Source: Octopus bimaculoides (Eukaryota). Taken from it: a stretch of 41,463 nt of DNA. Positions 35,074-41,463 of this stretch are shown here, piece by piece. The translations under genes and the position numbers were made by a program. The stretch covers positions 75,360,520 through 75,401,982 of the forward strand of contig NC_068987.1 of NCBI RefSeq assembly GCF_001194135.2. Reading direction: 5' to 3'. The notes beneath the pieces are model-generated. The model was not told the DNA's origin and searched no databases. It saw only the letters and a list, made by a program, of their open reading frames with translations. The stretch's first letter is position 1. Each line of letters starts with the position of its first letter.

Positions 35074-38000
35074 TTATATATCATTAACAATGCGTTAGCG
35101 TGAACTACACCTTACCTTTTAGATTTAATACGTGTGCGTGAGCGCGCGCGTTGTATCACACACCTAGTTCCCAAAATGTATTCTTTCATCACTGCACTGA
35201 AGTTCCCGGGAAACAAAATAAAAAAAAAGATGCATTAAAAAAAACAAACAAACAAAATATATAAAAACACCGGAAAGAAATGCAAACCTGGTTCAACAGG
35301 ATTATATTAACCAAGTAAATGAGCTAATTAACAAAACACATTGTGTGTACACATACTCAGTCTTACCTACACGAACACATACATATGTATGCACATCACT
35401 GCAATGCATGTATAAAATAAGGTGAAGTAAAACGAGACGTGTAACGTTCAGGAAGTTAGCTGACGGAGTTTTCACCGTTAACGGAAAGAATATGTGAAAA
35501 AGGAAGGAAAAAGACGAAGGAAACATTTACAGAAATATACAAAAGAACTTGTTAATACTCTAATCATAATTTCATTTCTGTATAAACACAAATTGCATAA
35601 ATGTACCGTTCCTTCTGATATGATGATTGATATGTAGTAAAGCTAGAGAACGGTGATGGTGTTAACCCGTGAGGTACCATAAATGCAATTCTAGAATTTG
35701 AACCGAATGTTTACTGATGCGATGATTATCTGTATGGAGTAGTCCATAAGTTAGCAATTAACACACGGAATTTTAAAAGTATGATAGACTTTTGGACATT
35801 TTTGATAACCCCCGCATGGCTTCAGCGAACGAGGATTCAGTAAGACACAGCTTAATAACGACAATCAACCTATTGCTGTCTATGTGCAGGGTCAAAGCTA
35901 AAAACTTCCAGTAGCATCTTTTACTATCCGTCCCCATCGTCTCTTTTCATGACTCTATTGAACTTACGGAAAAGTAAGACGGAGTTGTTACTGGTGTTGT
36001 GCCGAACAATCTGCACAATGAATATTATTAGAGTGAGCATAGTTTGTATAGAGACAGTCACTCTCGTTGGTTCTTCGAACTTGTTTTGGTCTTGTTTTAC
36101 AAGTGCCACGAACCCATTAGTTATCAGAATGAAGAATTTGTATAAAGTTATCTTCTCTTAGCTGAGCAGCTAAAGCGCTTAAGGCCCCATCTGCCCTGGG
36201 TCCATTGGAAAGCCTGTGAGTGACCTTGATATGTAATATATCTATATAGAAACACAAAATGTGAGACATCAACATTATGGATCACGAAAAATTTCTAAGA
36301 ATTGCTGGTTAACTCGTCAGTATTATTAACGAATTTATTATCCACCTTTTTCAGCTTTATACACTTGCACTCACACACATTACCGAAACACTTTCTTGCT
36401 ACCCAACCGTTAAGACTCGTAACAGCCTCTCGAGAATTAAAGAGCCATTTCTGTCCCATTTCTTATGACAAGGGTATTGTCTGATAATTGTTTGGCATTA
36501 GCTGGGCATGAAACTTATTACAACTTGCTATGTTATATCACTAACGTACTACATATACATAAATGTTTAAATACATGGATACACAAACACGTGTGTGTGT
36601 GCCAAAGCTTTTAATATATTTATATATTAGAAGACGTTACAAGTTGTAGCATTATATCCTAAGTTACAATAGATCATCATCTTCAAGGACTTTTAGCTAC
36701 ATCGTATTGCCTTGTATCAGAAACGTTAGCACACCGGACGAAATGCTTAGCGGTATTTCGTCCGTCTTTACGTTCTGAGTTCAAATTCCGCCGAGGTCGA
36801 CTTTGCTTTTCATTCATTCGGGGTCGATAAATTAAGTACTGGATGCGTACTGGGGTCGATCTAATCGACTGACCCCTTCCCCTAAAATTTCGGGCCTTGT
36901 GCCTAGAGTAGAAAAGTATTGCCCTATATCAGTTTGGTACTTATCTTATGGATATCCATTCATCGAATTCTTATGTTACACTTTCACAAAAAGAGATACC
37001 ATACGGTTTAAAGCCGATAAGAATAAACACAGATATGGACACACATACATACACAGGTGTCTGTCCAGTTTTCGTCTATTAAATTCGACTCACAAGGTGT
37101 TGGTCAATTCAAGATTACAGTAGAAGACACTTAACCAAGGTGTCTTGTAATGAGAACGAACCCGGACAGTACTAACACTGGCACTTTGTCGTTTATGACG
37201 ACGACGGTTCTAGTTAATCCGATCAACGGAACAGCATGCGCGTGAAATTAATGTGCAACTGGCTGAGTATTCCATAGAAACGCAAACCCTTAATGTAGTT
37301 CTCAAGGAGATTCAGCGTGACACAGACTGTTACAAGGCTAACTGTTTGAATGCTAGGCACAACTCATTTTTGCCAACTGAGTGAACCGGAGCAACGTGAG
37401 ATAAAGCGTCTTGCTCAAGGACACAACGTACTGCCAGGTACCGAACGCATGACCTTACGATCGGGAGCCGAATACTCAAACCACTTAGCCACGCGCCTTC
37501 ACAATCCGGACGCACACATACATGTAGCGTGAATATTAAACGGATGTCAGAATCGGTAGTGCTGGCCAAAATATATTGCGTCATTTGGTTGCACTCTTTT
37601 GCTCTCTGCATTCAAATCACATGCATGCCCACTTCGTCTTCTACCTTTTGATAGTCAATATAAATAAATACCGGAAATGATATATTCGGCGAAAAACTAT
37701 GTACTTACCTTCAAAGATAATGATTCACTCTATCACGAGTCATAGTTTCCCACCAGATACAATGTTTCAGGTGACAAAATGATGAATGGAGGCTCACGAG
37801 ATAAGGGCAGAGGACGTCGATTTATTCTGTTTTCATTGGTTGACTTTAGTCTTGTGATACGAAAGATCAAAGAAGATATTGCTAATATAAACAAATTCCC
37901 TATCCTGCGACAATTAAAAATTGTATTAGACAATGTAAGTAGAATCTATAATCTGCTCTCCGATAGAAACATCCAATGAAGTCGCATTCTAATAGAAAGA

Positions 38001-40140
38001 GAAATAAGAAGTGGTTACAAAACATAGAATATAGCGAAAATACCCCATAAATCAGGCAAGATTGTAAAAGAAACATCATTTAGTATGAACGTAGAAGTAA
38101 TATAATCTGTACTTAAGTTTCTCCACAACAAATAAACACTTCCTTGATAAATAAACAATCCGTAGCACATGCATAAGTTAGGAAATAGGAATAATATCTA
38201 AGCTGCTTAAATAATATCGTGCTTGAATTATCCAATTACAACTGAAATCATGCAAACAGAAAATGTCACATTAACCCAAAGTGCAATTGCGTACTGCATA
38301 TGTACATAAGCAAGTGCTTCACAAAGGGATTAATGTGTAGAGCAAAGATAACAGCTGTAAAGGTACAGCATTAACATCACGGAAAATATACTGAAGAGAA
38401 ATTCATACATTACACTCACACCTTTGGAACCGGAGATAGAATCAACCACTATTTCTCACTGTGTCCGGAATTGGAAGGAAAGCAGACTTAGCAAAACTCC
38501 AAAGCTTGCATATCGTTGAAAATAGAACCATATGTTTAAATGGATCAGAAATGCCACGTTTGTTTTACAGAGAAACACAGTGTATTGATTCAAATTTTCA
38601 TTATGTTTAACATGAAATCCGAGATATTGTCCATGTAGAGGCATAGGAACAATTACTTTGTAAAAACTTTCAAATGCAAACCAAGCAATCATTTCTAATA
38701 TCGTCCAAAAAGGATTTTAGTTAAAGATAGCTGGCAATACTATACAGTAGTAATTATCTTCTCCATAACATTACAGTGACTACTTCACTACATGAGGTTT
38801 TCTCCCGTGCAAATGAGAAGTAGGTTAATATTTACTGTACAAATCTTATTAAACTTCACCCACTGATTCTCCAAAAGTACTACGTTGTCAGATGCCTTAT
38901 CCTCTGATGACAGCCGACCAATTAAACCCAAACCCATGTGAACAGTTAAGTTCTTTCATTTATCTGTTTGTCAGCTCGAACGAATATATATACTCTCCTG
39001 CAAGTATTGAGTACTTTTCCTCCATTTGTTTATCCAAATACTCATTTAAGCTTATTTTCTTTATATGGAATATTCGAGATTCACTCTTTCCATCTTTTTC
39101 TTTCTCAAAGACTCTGGTCATTTCTCGGACAAGCTTAAGGGGTAAAAGAGTACTCTCGTTGAAGAAAAAGGAGCCTTAATTGGACCGTTTGAGAGGTTCT
39201 CATTGTAGTTTATAATTGTTTATTATTACGTGTACACACGCGCACGCACACACACACACACAATGCATTTACACACACGTGTATATATATGTGTGTGTGT
39301 GTATTTATGTACATGTAGTATACATATATTTATATGCAGTTGTAGGTAATATGTGTGCGTATATGTCTCTGTCTGTATCTATGCGTATGTATATTGTGTT
39401 GGGTTGTTTGCAGATGTGTGGATGAAAACGGTGTGGAAGTATGTCAGAGGGATTGCACATGCAATACAAAGACCCAACCTTGTCACATTGTGTCATGTTG
39501 GCAGTACCTGAAGATTGTACTCAGAAAGCATGTGTGTAGAAACTCATCCACTTCCTCTGTATTTCAACGGATAGGTATCCCAGTAGACCAAACACTTACG
39601 TTACTAGTCTTCGAATATCACAATGATCTATTTGCTACTTATATATCCTACGATATATGTGTGTGTGTCTTTTAAGAACGCTGTTAAAGATATACATGAC
39701 ATTTTACGTATTAGTCGGAGTAGTGTCCTCATCTTGATTGTTGCTTCTACATTTCGGCTGTGTATGCTCCAGCCTTTTTCAAGCAAGGCATGAAGATAAA
39801 TTTTAAGACACACGAAGAAGACTGGAGTGTACACAACTGAAAAAGCAACAGTTATGCTGAGGACGTTACTCTGACTAATACATAATATATAAATTTCTCA
39901 TCTTAGAAACATACAATTGTATATGTATGATATTTATGAATAAAGATATATGGATTCTCTACCAGGTTGAAACGATTGGAGATGCTTATATGGTGGCGTC
40001 TGGTTTGCCTATACGTAACGGCAAAAAGCATGCCGGGGAAATAGGACGGATGTCTCTTCAATTGTTGCAGAAAGTTAGTACTTTTGTTGTGAAGCACCGC
40101 CCTAAAGAAGTCCTGAAGCTGAGAATAGGTATTCATTCAG
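189..40140 (+). CDS. Receptor (membrane) guanylyl cyclase, NPR/speract-receptor-like; partial, join(189..293,1118..1189,2705..2867,4109..4261,[missing exon],7508..7654,9515..9638,31299..31367,39966..40140)
   Basis: All visible exons have AG/GT boundaries with compatible phases. Translation gives kinase-homology motifs ([46 protein letters not shown]), the helical linker ([20 protein letters not shown]) and class III cyclase motifs ([42 protein letters not shown]). The Glu in KVETIG is the established GTP-selecting residue. Orthology cannot be assigned by eye. Confidence 0.96.
1118..1189 (+). CDS. GC exon: [24 protein letters not shown]
   Basis: caatag|GAT ... AAG|gtaagt; 72 nt, phase 0/0; corresponds to the receptor-GC segment preceding GMxFLH. 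Confidence 0.93.
1318..2670 (-). mobile_element. Decayed Tc1/mariner-superfamily transposase (rosa/Visitor-like), interrupted by a SINE
   Basis: Minus-strand translation, with stops and shifts, gives in order: KFEEIG; [12 protein letters not shown]; [24 protein letters not shown] (cf. FSDEAxFxLxGxVNxHNxRIWGxENP); FFR*TGALCHF (cf. FQQDGAPxH); [19 protein letters not shown] (cf. GPIxWPPRSPDLTPLDYFLW); HGSHVGCIA*. Subfamily assignment is inference. Confidence 0.7.
1918..2316 (+). mobile_element. SINE family B (5'-truncated, diverged) with expanded internal (TG/TATG)n
   Basis: Colinear with the 16430-16787 copy (gcgtggcac..gcaa, gtttgtc.ccc, ttagtggttcggcaaaa, tail atgactgaaacaagtaaaaga). Confidence 0.75.
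2705..2867 (+). CDS. GC exon: [54 protein letters not shown]
   Basis: Polypyrimidine tract and taag|GGA ... A|gttagt; 163 nt, phase 0/1; pseudokinase catalytic loop lacking the HRD Asp, as typical of receptor GCs. Confidence 0.96.
3391..3492. repeat. Compound (TA)n(TG)n microsatellite
   Basis: Directly visible. Confidence 0.95.
4109..4261 (+). CDS. GC exon: (K)[50 protein letters not shown]
   Basis: tttcag|AA ... G|gtatat; 153 nt, phase 1/1. Confidence 0.95.
5562..6281. other. Assembly gap (720 N); other gaps at 9146-9292, 9970-10596, 11105-11305, 16788-17143, 18071-18270, 22688-23131, 33217-33226, 33891-33975
   Basis: N runs, several abutting microsatellites or SINEs; they explain all X-rich ORFs. 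Confidence 0.99.
6537..6695 (-). mobile_element. SINE family B, 5' half
   Basis: Reverse complement of the head and core of 16430-16600 (gcttgcccaaggtgcc.cgcagtgggactgaacccgg). Confidence 0.8.
7251..7434 (-). mobile_element. SINE family A
   Basis: Reverse complement of the 32188/36718 copies (gaatttgaactcagaacgtaaagacggacgaaatgccgctaagcattt). Confidence 0.85.
7508..7654 (+). CDS. GC exon: helical/dimerisation linker [48 protein letters not shown]
   Basis: tttatag|A ... TC|gtaagt; 147 nt, phase 2/2. Confidence 0.95.
9046..9348. repeat. (GA)n - gap - (CA)n microsatellites
   Basis: Directly visible; the source of the ER/SL/TH/CV repeat ORFs. Confidence 0.95.
9515..9638 (+). CDS. GC exon: start of cyclase domain (S)[41 protein letters not shown]
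   Basis: cttttcag|A ... GAG|gtaaat; 124 nt, phase 2/0; first metal-binding Asp (SDIVG). Confidence 0.96.
10597..11048 (-). mobile_element. Internally deleted mariner/Tc1-type element, 3' end lost in gap
   Basis: Minus strand: [24 protein letters not shown].., then [46 protein letters not shown] joined to [25 protein letters not shown]. The MVFG strand and C-terminal helix are typical of Tc1/mariner transposases; the catalytic segments are missing. The right boundary is approximate. Confidence 0.8.
12315..12478 (-). mobile_element. SINE family B head, degraded
   Basis: catttgcccaagg...gattcgaaaccggaacc...taaccat, antisense to the family B head. Confidence 0.55.
13215..13435 (+). mobile_element. 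SINE family A, diverged
   Basis: aaggtggtgagttggcag ... gttctgaattcaaattcc (B box) ... ggggtcgatgtaat, then the cccc..gtgcc tail variant. Confidence 0.75.
13545..13600 (+). mobile_element. Possible 5' end of a non-autonomous Helitron/Helentron-type element
   Basis: tactagctgaagta-cccg-gtaattct-cggg: an ACTAG start followed by a short cccg/cggg hairpin resembles DINE/HINE-like termini. No 3' end found. Confidence 0.3.
13872..14207 (+). mobile_element. SINE family B, near full length, diverged
   Basis: tgtggttaagtagc (A box), ggttccggatttagtccc (B box), agcaagtgtcttcta core, ggggtcgatttgttcgact, tail. Confidence 0.8.
14281..14815 (-). pseudogene. 3' end of a CR1/L2-type LINE (ORF2 C-terminus, 3' UTR and short ttaaaga-type tail), 5'-truncated
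   Basis: Minus strand: [81 protein letters not shown], matching the post-RT SYxERLxxLxLxSLxxRRxR...F..LP...FKxxLD pattern of CR1/L2-group LINEs. Confidence 0.85.
16430..16787 (+). mobile_element. SINE family B (tRNA head plus CORE-like domain; probably OR2-like), little-diverged copy
   Basis: A box tggctgtgtgg, B box gagttcagtccc, CORE-like ggcaccttgggcaagtgtctt, internal (TA)/(TG) microsatellite; the 3' end runs into the gap. The family name is from memory of octopus CORE-SINEs. Confidence 0.88.
17357..17486. repeat. About 130-bp near-perfect palindrome (MITE-like foldback)
   Basis: 17366-17420 pairs with 17428-17477 around a 7-nt loop, with 4 mismatches and one left-arm insertion; weaker pairing extends to about 17357/17486. 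Confidence 0.9.
18371..18578 (+). repeat. About 210-bp dispersed repeat, copy 1 (copy 2 at 21588-21794; partial copy about 12833-12870)
   Basis: Colinear alignment; shared blocks such as tatttgattagatttct and taaattttaataaac.gaaactactgcgaggaaactagcg. Confidence 0.85.
18900..20800 (+). pseudogene. Heavily degraded hAT-superfamily (ZMYM1/TTF-zinc-finger type) transposase
   Basis: In order on +: [19 protein letters not shown] (TTF-finger-like, about 18920-19050); SHIV*NKIL..VDGASSV (cf. YTSxxIQNEII..ADExTD); [18 protein letters not shown]; and at about 20665-20790 [37 protein letters not shown] (hAT C-terminal dimerisation motif ERSFSxLRRLKTYLRSTMxQxRLxxLxxLxIE). A SINE A relic is inserted at about 19500-19630. 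Confidence 0.75.
21588..21794 (+). repeat. About 210-bp dispersed repeat, copy 2
   Basis: Direct repeat of 18371-18578. Confidence 0.85.
25378..25552 (+). repeat. Repeat family C (SINE-tail-like module); related copies at about 15010-15155 (+), 24350-24505 (-), 6890-7060 (-), 8300-8410 (+)
   Basis: Shared ctagaaatagcag...cattggataat...aggatgg..ctggaatg.ctttgat...gctaaacaacaa. Confidence 0.6.
26924..28601 (+). mobile_element. ORF1-only non-LTR retroposon (HAL1-like, probably L1/Tx1-related) with 10-bp TSD GTACGTAGGA
   Basis: GTACGTAGGA at 26914-26923 and 28602-28611; 124-nt leader; disrupted gag-like ORF with a zinc knuckle; about 200-nt 3' UTR ending in AATAAAGAAAT; no EN or RT sequence between the TSD copies. 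Confidence 0.75.
27048..28398 (+). pseudogene. Retroelement ORF1 (gag-like nucleic-acid-binding protein), about 450 codons, with stops and frameshifts
   Basis: ATG at 27048, in-frame TAG at 27135, frameshifts at a (GA)n run near 27360 and an A run near 27460. [25 protein letters not shown] is a CX2CX4HX4C knuckle whose first Cys codon reads CGT (27784-27786), followed by Lys/Glu-rich and Pro-rich segments. Confidence 0.85.
29021..29329. repeat. About 310-bp module bounded by about 40-bp inverted repeats, enclosing a hammerhead motif
   Basis: 29021-29061 (ggcaaatacactgcagttaccgtggagaatatatctcctta) is the reverse complement of 29288-29329, with 2 mismatches and small indels. Confidence 0.85.
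29164..29257 (+). ncRNA. Type I hammerhead ribozyme-like motif (U3-A8 core variant), predicted cleavage after C29228
   Basis: Helix I ATCTCA(29188-93)/TGAGAT(29229-34), extended by TTAGG/CCTAA and TTCAGAGTTGCC/GGCAACACTGAA; core TTGACAA; helix II GGGC/GCTT; GAAA; helix III AC/GT with loop CTCGAT; GTC triplet. Confidence 0.75.
29690..29820. repeat. Purine-only (GAA/GGAGAA) low-complexity tract
   Basis: Directly visible; the source of the R/K/E-rich and F/S/L-rich ORFs. Confidence 0.9.
30796..30833 (+). ncRNA. Minimal Penelope-type hammerhead motif
   Basis: TGTTT-CTGAAGA-A-GAGC-TGT-GCTC-GAAA-CGTT-AAAGCA: intact core, 4-bp helix II, palindromic AACGTT, short helix I. Confidence 0.6.
31299..31367 (+). 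CDS. GC exon: [23 protein letters not shown]
   Basis: ttttccag|ATT ... AAG|gtaaaa; 69 nt, phase 0/0. Confidence 0.96.
31412..31778 (-). mobile_element. SINE family B, near full length
   Basis: Reverse complement of the family B tail, body and head; starts about 45 nt after the 31367 donor. Confidence 0.8.
32096..32133 (-). ncRNA. Minimal hammerhead-like motif, antisense to the GC gene
   Basis: Minus strand ATTT-CTGAAGA-G-GGGAT-CCTA-ATCCC-GAAA-TATT-GAAAT: intact core, perfect 5-bp helix II, palindromic AATATT; weak helix I. Confidence 0.5.
32188..32630 (+). mobile_element. Two tandem SINE family A copies (32188-32420 with the AATAAAGAAATA-type tail; 32421-about 32630 with the cccc..gtg-type tail)
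   Basis: ggcggtgagcttgcagaa.cgttagc head, gagttcaaattc B box, ggggtcgat repeats. Confidence 0.88.
32971..33216 (+). mobile_element. SINE family E: tRNA head, CORE-like segment and V/Meta-like domain
   Basis: A box tggcttagtgg, B box gtttcgattcc, ttcttgagcaaaacactt, gcgatggactggcgtccggtccag...gaaaccggg. A degraded copy lies at about 24104-24260. Domain names are from memory of SINE superfamilies. Confidence 0.75.
33227..33452 (+). mobile_element. Retroposon 3' module ending in (CAA)n (RTE-like tail)
   Basis: ...ctgttccgttgatcggatcaactggaaccctcgacgtcgtaagcgacggagtgc(caa)n; the same module is inverted at 37177-37350. Confidence 0.7.
33667..34415 (+). mobile_element. Cluster of SINE family A copies around a gap (33667-33890; 34050-34270; 34272-34415)
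   Basis: The family A body is repeated; 33715-33890 is identical to 34133-34308. Confidence 0.85.
36718..36920 (+). mobile_element. SINE family A, little-diverged copy
   Basis: aaacgttagcacaccggacgaaatgcttagcggtatttcg..gagttcaaattccgccgaggtcgac..cccctaaaatttcgggccttgtgcctagagtagaaaag. Confidence 0.88.
37177..37501 (-). mobile_element. SINE family E head joined directly to the RTE-like 3' module
   Basis: Minus: gaaggcgcgtggctaagtgg...ccttgagcaagacgct...ggcaaaaatgagt, then the module seen at 33250-33440. Confidence 0.8.
39699..39890. repeat. Inverted pair of about 85-bp repeats (39699-39784 and 39811-39890), each carrying a hammerhead-like core
   Basis: The reverse complement of arm 1 (cttgaaaaaggctggagcatacacagccgaaatgtagaagcaacaatcaagatgaggacactactccgactaatac) aligns with arm 2 (cacgaagaagactggagtgtacacaactgaaaaagcaacagttatgctgaggacgttactctgactaatac); differences are mostly transitions. 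Confidence 0.85.
39744..39786 (-). ncRNA. Minimal Penelope-type hammerhead-like motif (TTGAAAA core)
   Basis: Minus: TTGC-TTGAAAA-A-GGCTG-GAGCATACA-CAGCC-GAAA-TGTA-G; 5-bp helix II; degraded helix I. Confidence 0.45.
39966..40140 (+). CDS. GC exon: [58 protein letters not shown](G)
   Basis: ctctaccag|GTT ... G|gtaaga; 175 nt, phase 0/1; second metal-binding Asp (GDAY) and GTP-specificity Glu. Confidence 0.97.
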
Positions 40141-41423
40141 GTAAGACTGACTTATTTCTCTTTAATTTTAAAGAATATTAATCATCGTTGTGGACATTTT
40201 TTGTTATGCGGAGCTTTTATAAATTTGAAAATCCAAAATAGGAGAAATTCTTAGTTTTGCTATTGAACGGAAGCTGCAAGAAGCAGATTTTTTTTAGAGT
40301 ACTAGCTTCATAGAATAAAAGCCATTTGTATTTATGGTTCTTTCTTCAAGACATTAGTGACGTTAATTGCAGCAAAATATTGCAACAAGTAATTGAAACT
40401 CCAGGATTTGATTCACTAAAATCTTACCTTTAACGCTGAATATACCTTATCTCGCGTCTTAAACGAAATCTAAACGAAACCCAATTTTACAATAAACCTT
40501 AAGAGTTGCTAGGTCACCGAAAACTATGACTTTAGATTTGGTTAATGTATATTCTTATCAGCAATAACATCTGTAGTAACACTCTCCACAAGCCTTCTTA
40601 TTTTCCGGAAAAAAATATGAACAAAAAAGAGTAATTCATATGATTAAAAATGGGGTTGTGGTAGAGTCAGCTTACGAAAGAGAAAATTGAAGAATTAACG
40701 AATGCAAAAAAAAAAAAAAAAGAACGAATGAATGAATGAAAAAAAAAACAAAAAAAAAAACGATAATGAAGTGAGGCGCCGGTGAAAACGAATGACCGCC
40801 CACCTCAGATAGTTTTCTTTAGCGTTGAACCATCCCCATTAATAGAGATGCGAAATAGGCTAACTGCGATAAATAACTGTCTCAGAAACGTTCAGATAAA
40901 GTCGTGCTTAAAACACGTGTTCCTGTACACTGCTGTTTATCTCTGCCACGGGTGGCTTAGCAGTAGCAATGGCTTACGTAGCCAAGATAACAGCTTGGCT
41001 GACGATAATGATTGTGATGATACCAATAATGATGATGGTGATCAACACTTAGCTTTTATATCTATCTTATCTCGTCCAAAGCATTCTGAATGTCGCAAAC
41101 GCGTCTGTGTTGATGTAGTTTGGGAATTCATTGAACACAAGTATTCGGGGTGGTGCGGAGTGAAGGCGTCACTGAGAGATAGTGAATCATATAAGAGAAT
41201 GATTAGGGAAAAATACCCGGAGTCTTCTCTCAGAAATCTACGCTCTAGCTTATCGTTAATCTTATTTTATCTCTAAATTAGTCCGTTGACTCAAACGTTT
41301 ATGCTGCTGTAGTTGTTTGTCTAAGGTCATAAGGATCTACAAGTAAAGACGGACATCATTTTCGTTGATGGAAGATAACGCGTGCGTGCACGCACGCACA
41401 CACACATACACACACACGTACAC

Positions 41424-41463
<40 letters not shown>

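Noticed and set aside
39504-39539. CTGAAGA-T-TG/CA-GAAA
   Set aside because: Helix II is only 2 bp and there is no valid UH site; chance-level match.
40782-41276. 164-aa ORF, the longest gap-free ORF
   Set aside because: GTG start, includes a (GAT)n tract, no recognisable motif, and does not contain the expected next GC exon (GPxxAGVVG..MPRYCLFGDTVN), which lies beyond the window.
1-41463. CRISPR array, operon or other prokaryotic system
   Set aside because: The window is a spliced eukaryotic locus; there are no regularly spaced repeat-spacer units and no prokaryotic-type ORFs.

Overview
AT-rich, repeat-dense eukaryotic scaffold with N gaps. The SINE families and microsatellites point to a coleoid cephalopod, probably Octopus (inference from recalled repeat families, not a database hit). 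The only host gene I can support is the intracellular half of a + strand receptor (membrane) guanylyl cyclase of the NPR/speract-receptor type. It has 8 visible GT-AG exons (189-293, 1118-1189, 2705-2867, 4109-4261, 7508-7654, 9515-9638, 31299-31367, 39966-40140) encoding the kinase-homology domain, the helical linker and the first part of the cyclase domain. One expected exon is missing and probably lies in the gap at 5562-6281, and the gene runs off both ends. Most ORF-track entries are artefacts of N gaps and microsatellites. The introns hold three tRNA-derived SINE families, decayed Tc1/mariner, hAT and CR1/L2-type LINE relics, and a MITE-like palindrome. Two observations stand out. (1) A 1.68-kb retroposon (26924-28601) with a 10-bp target-site duplication encodes only a zinc-knuckle ORF1, has no RT, and shares its 3' tail with the commonest SINE here. 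(2) There are four hammerhead-ribozyme-like motifs; the best (29164-29257) has a long helix I and a U3-A8 core variant and sits inside an inverted repeat. All alignments and folds were done by eye.
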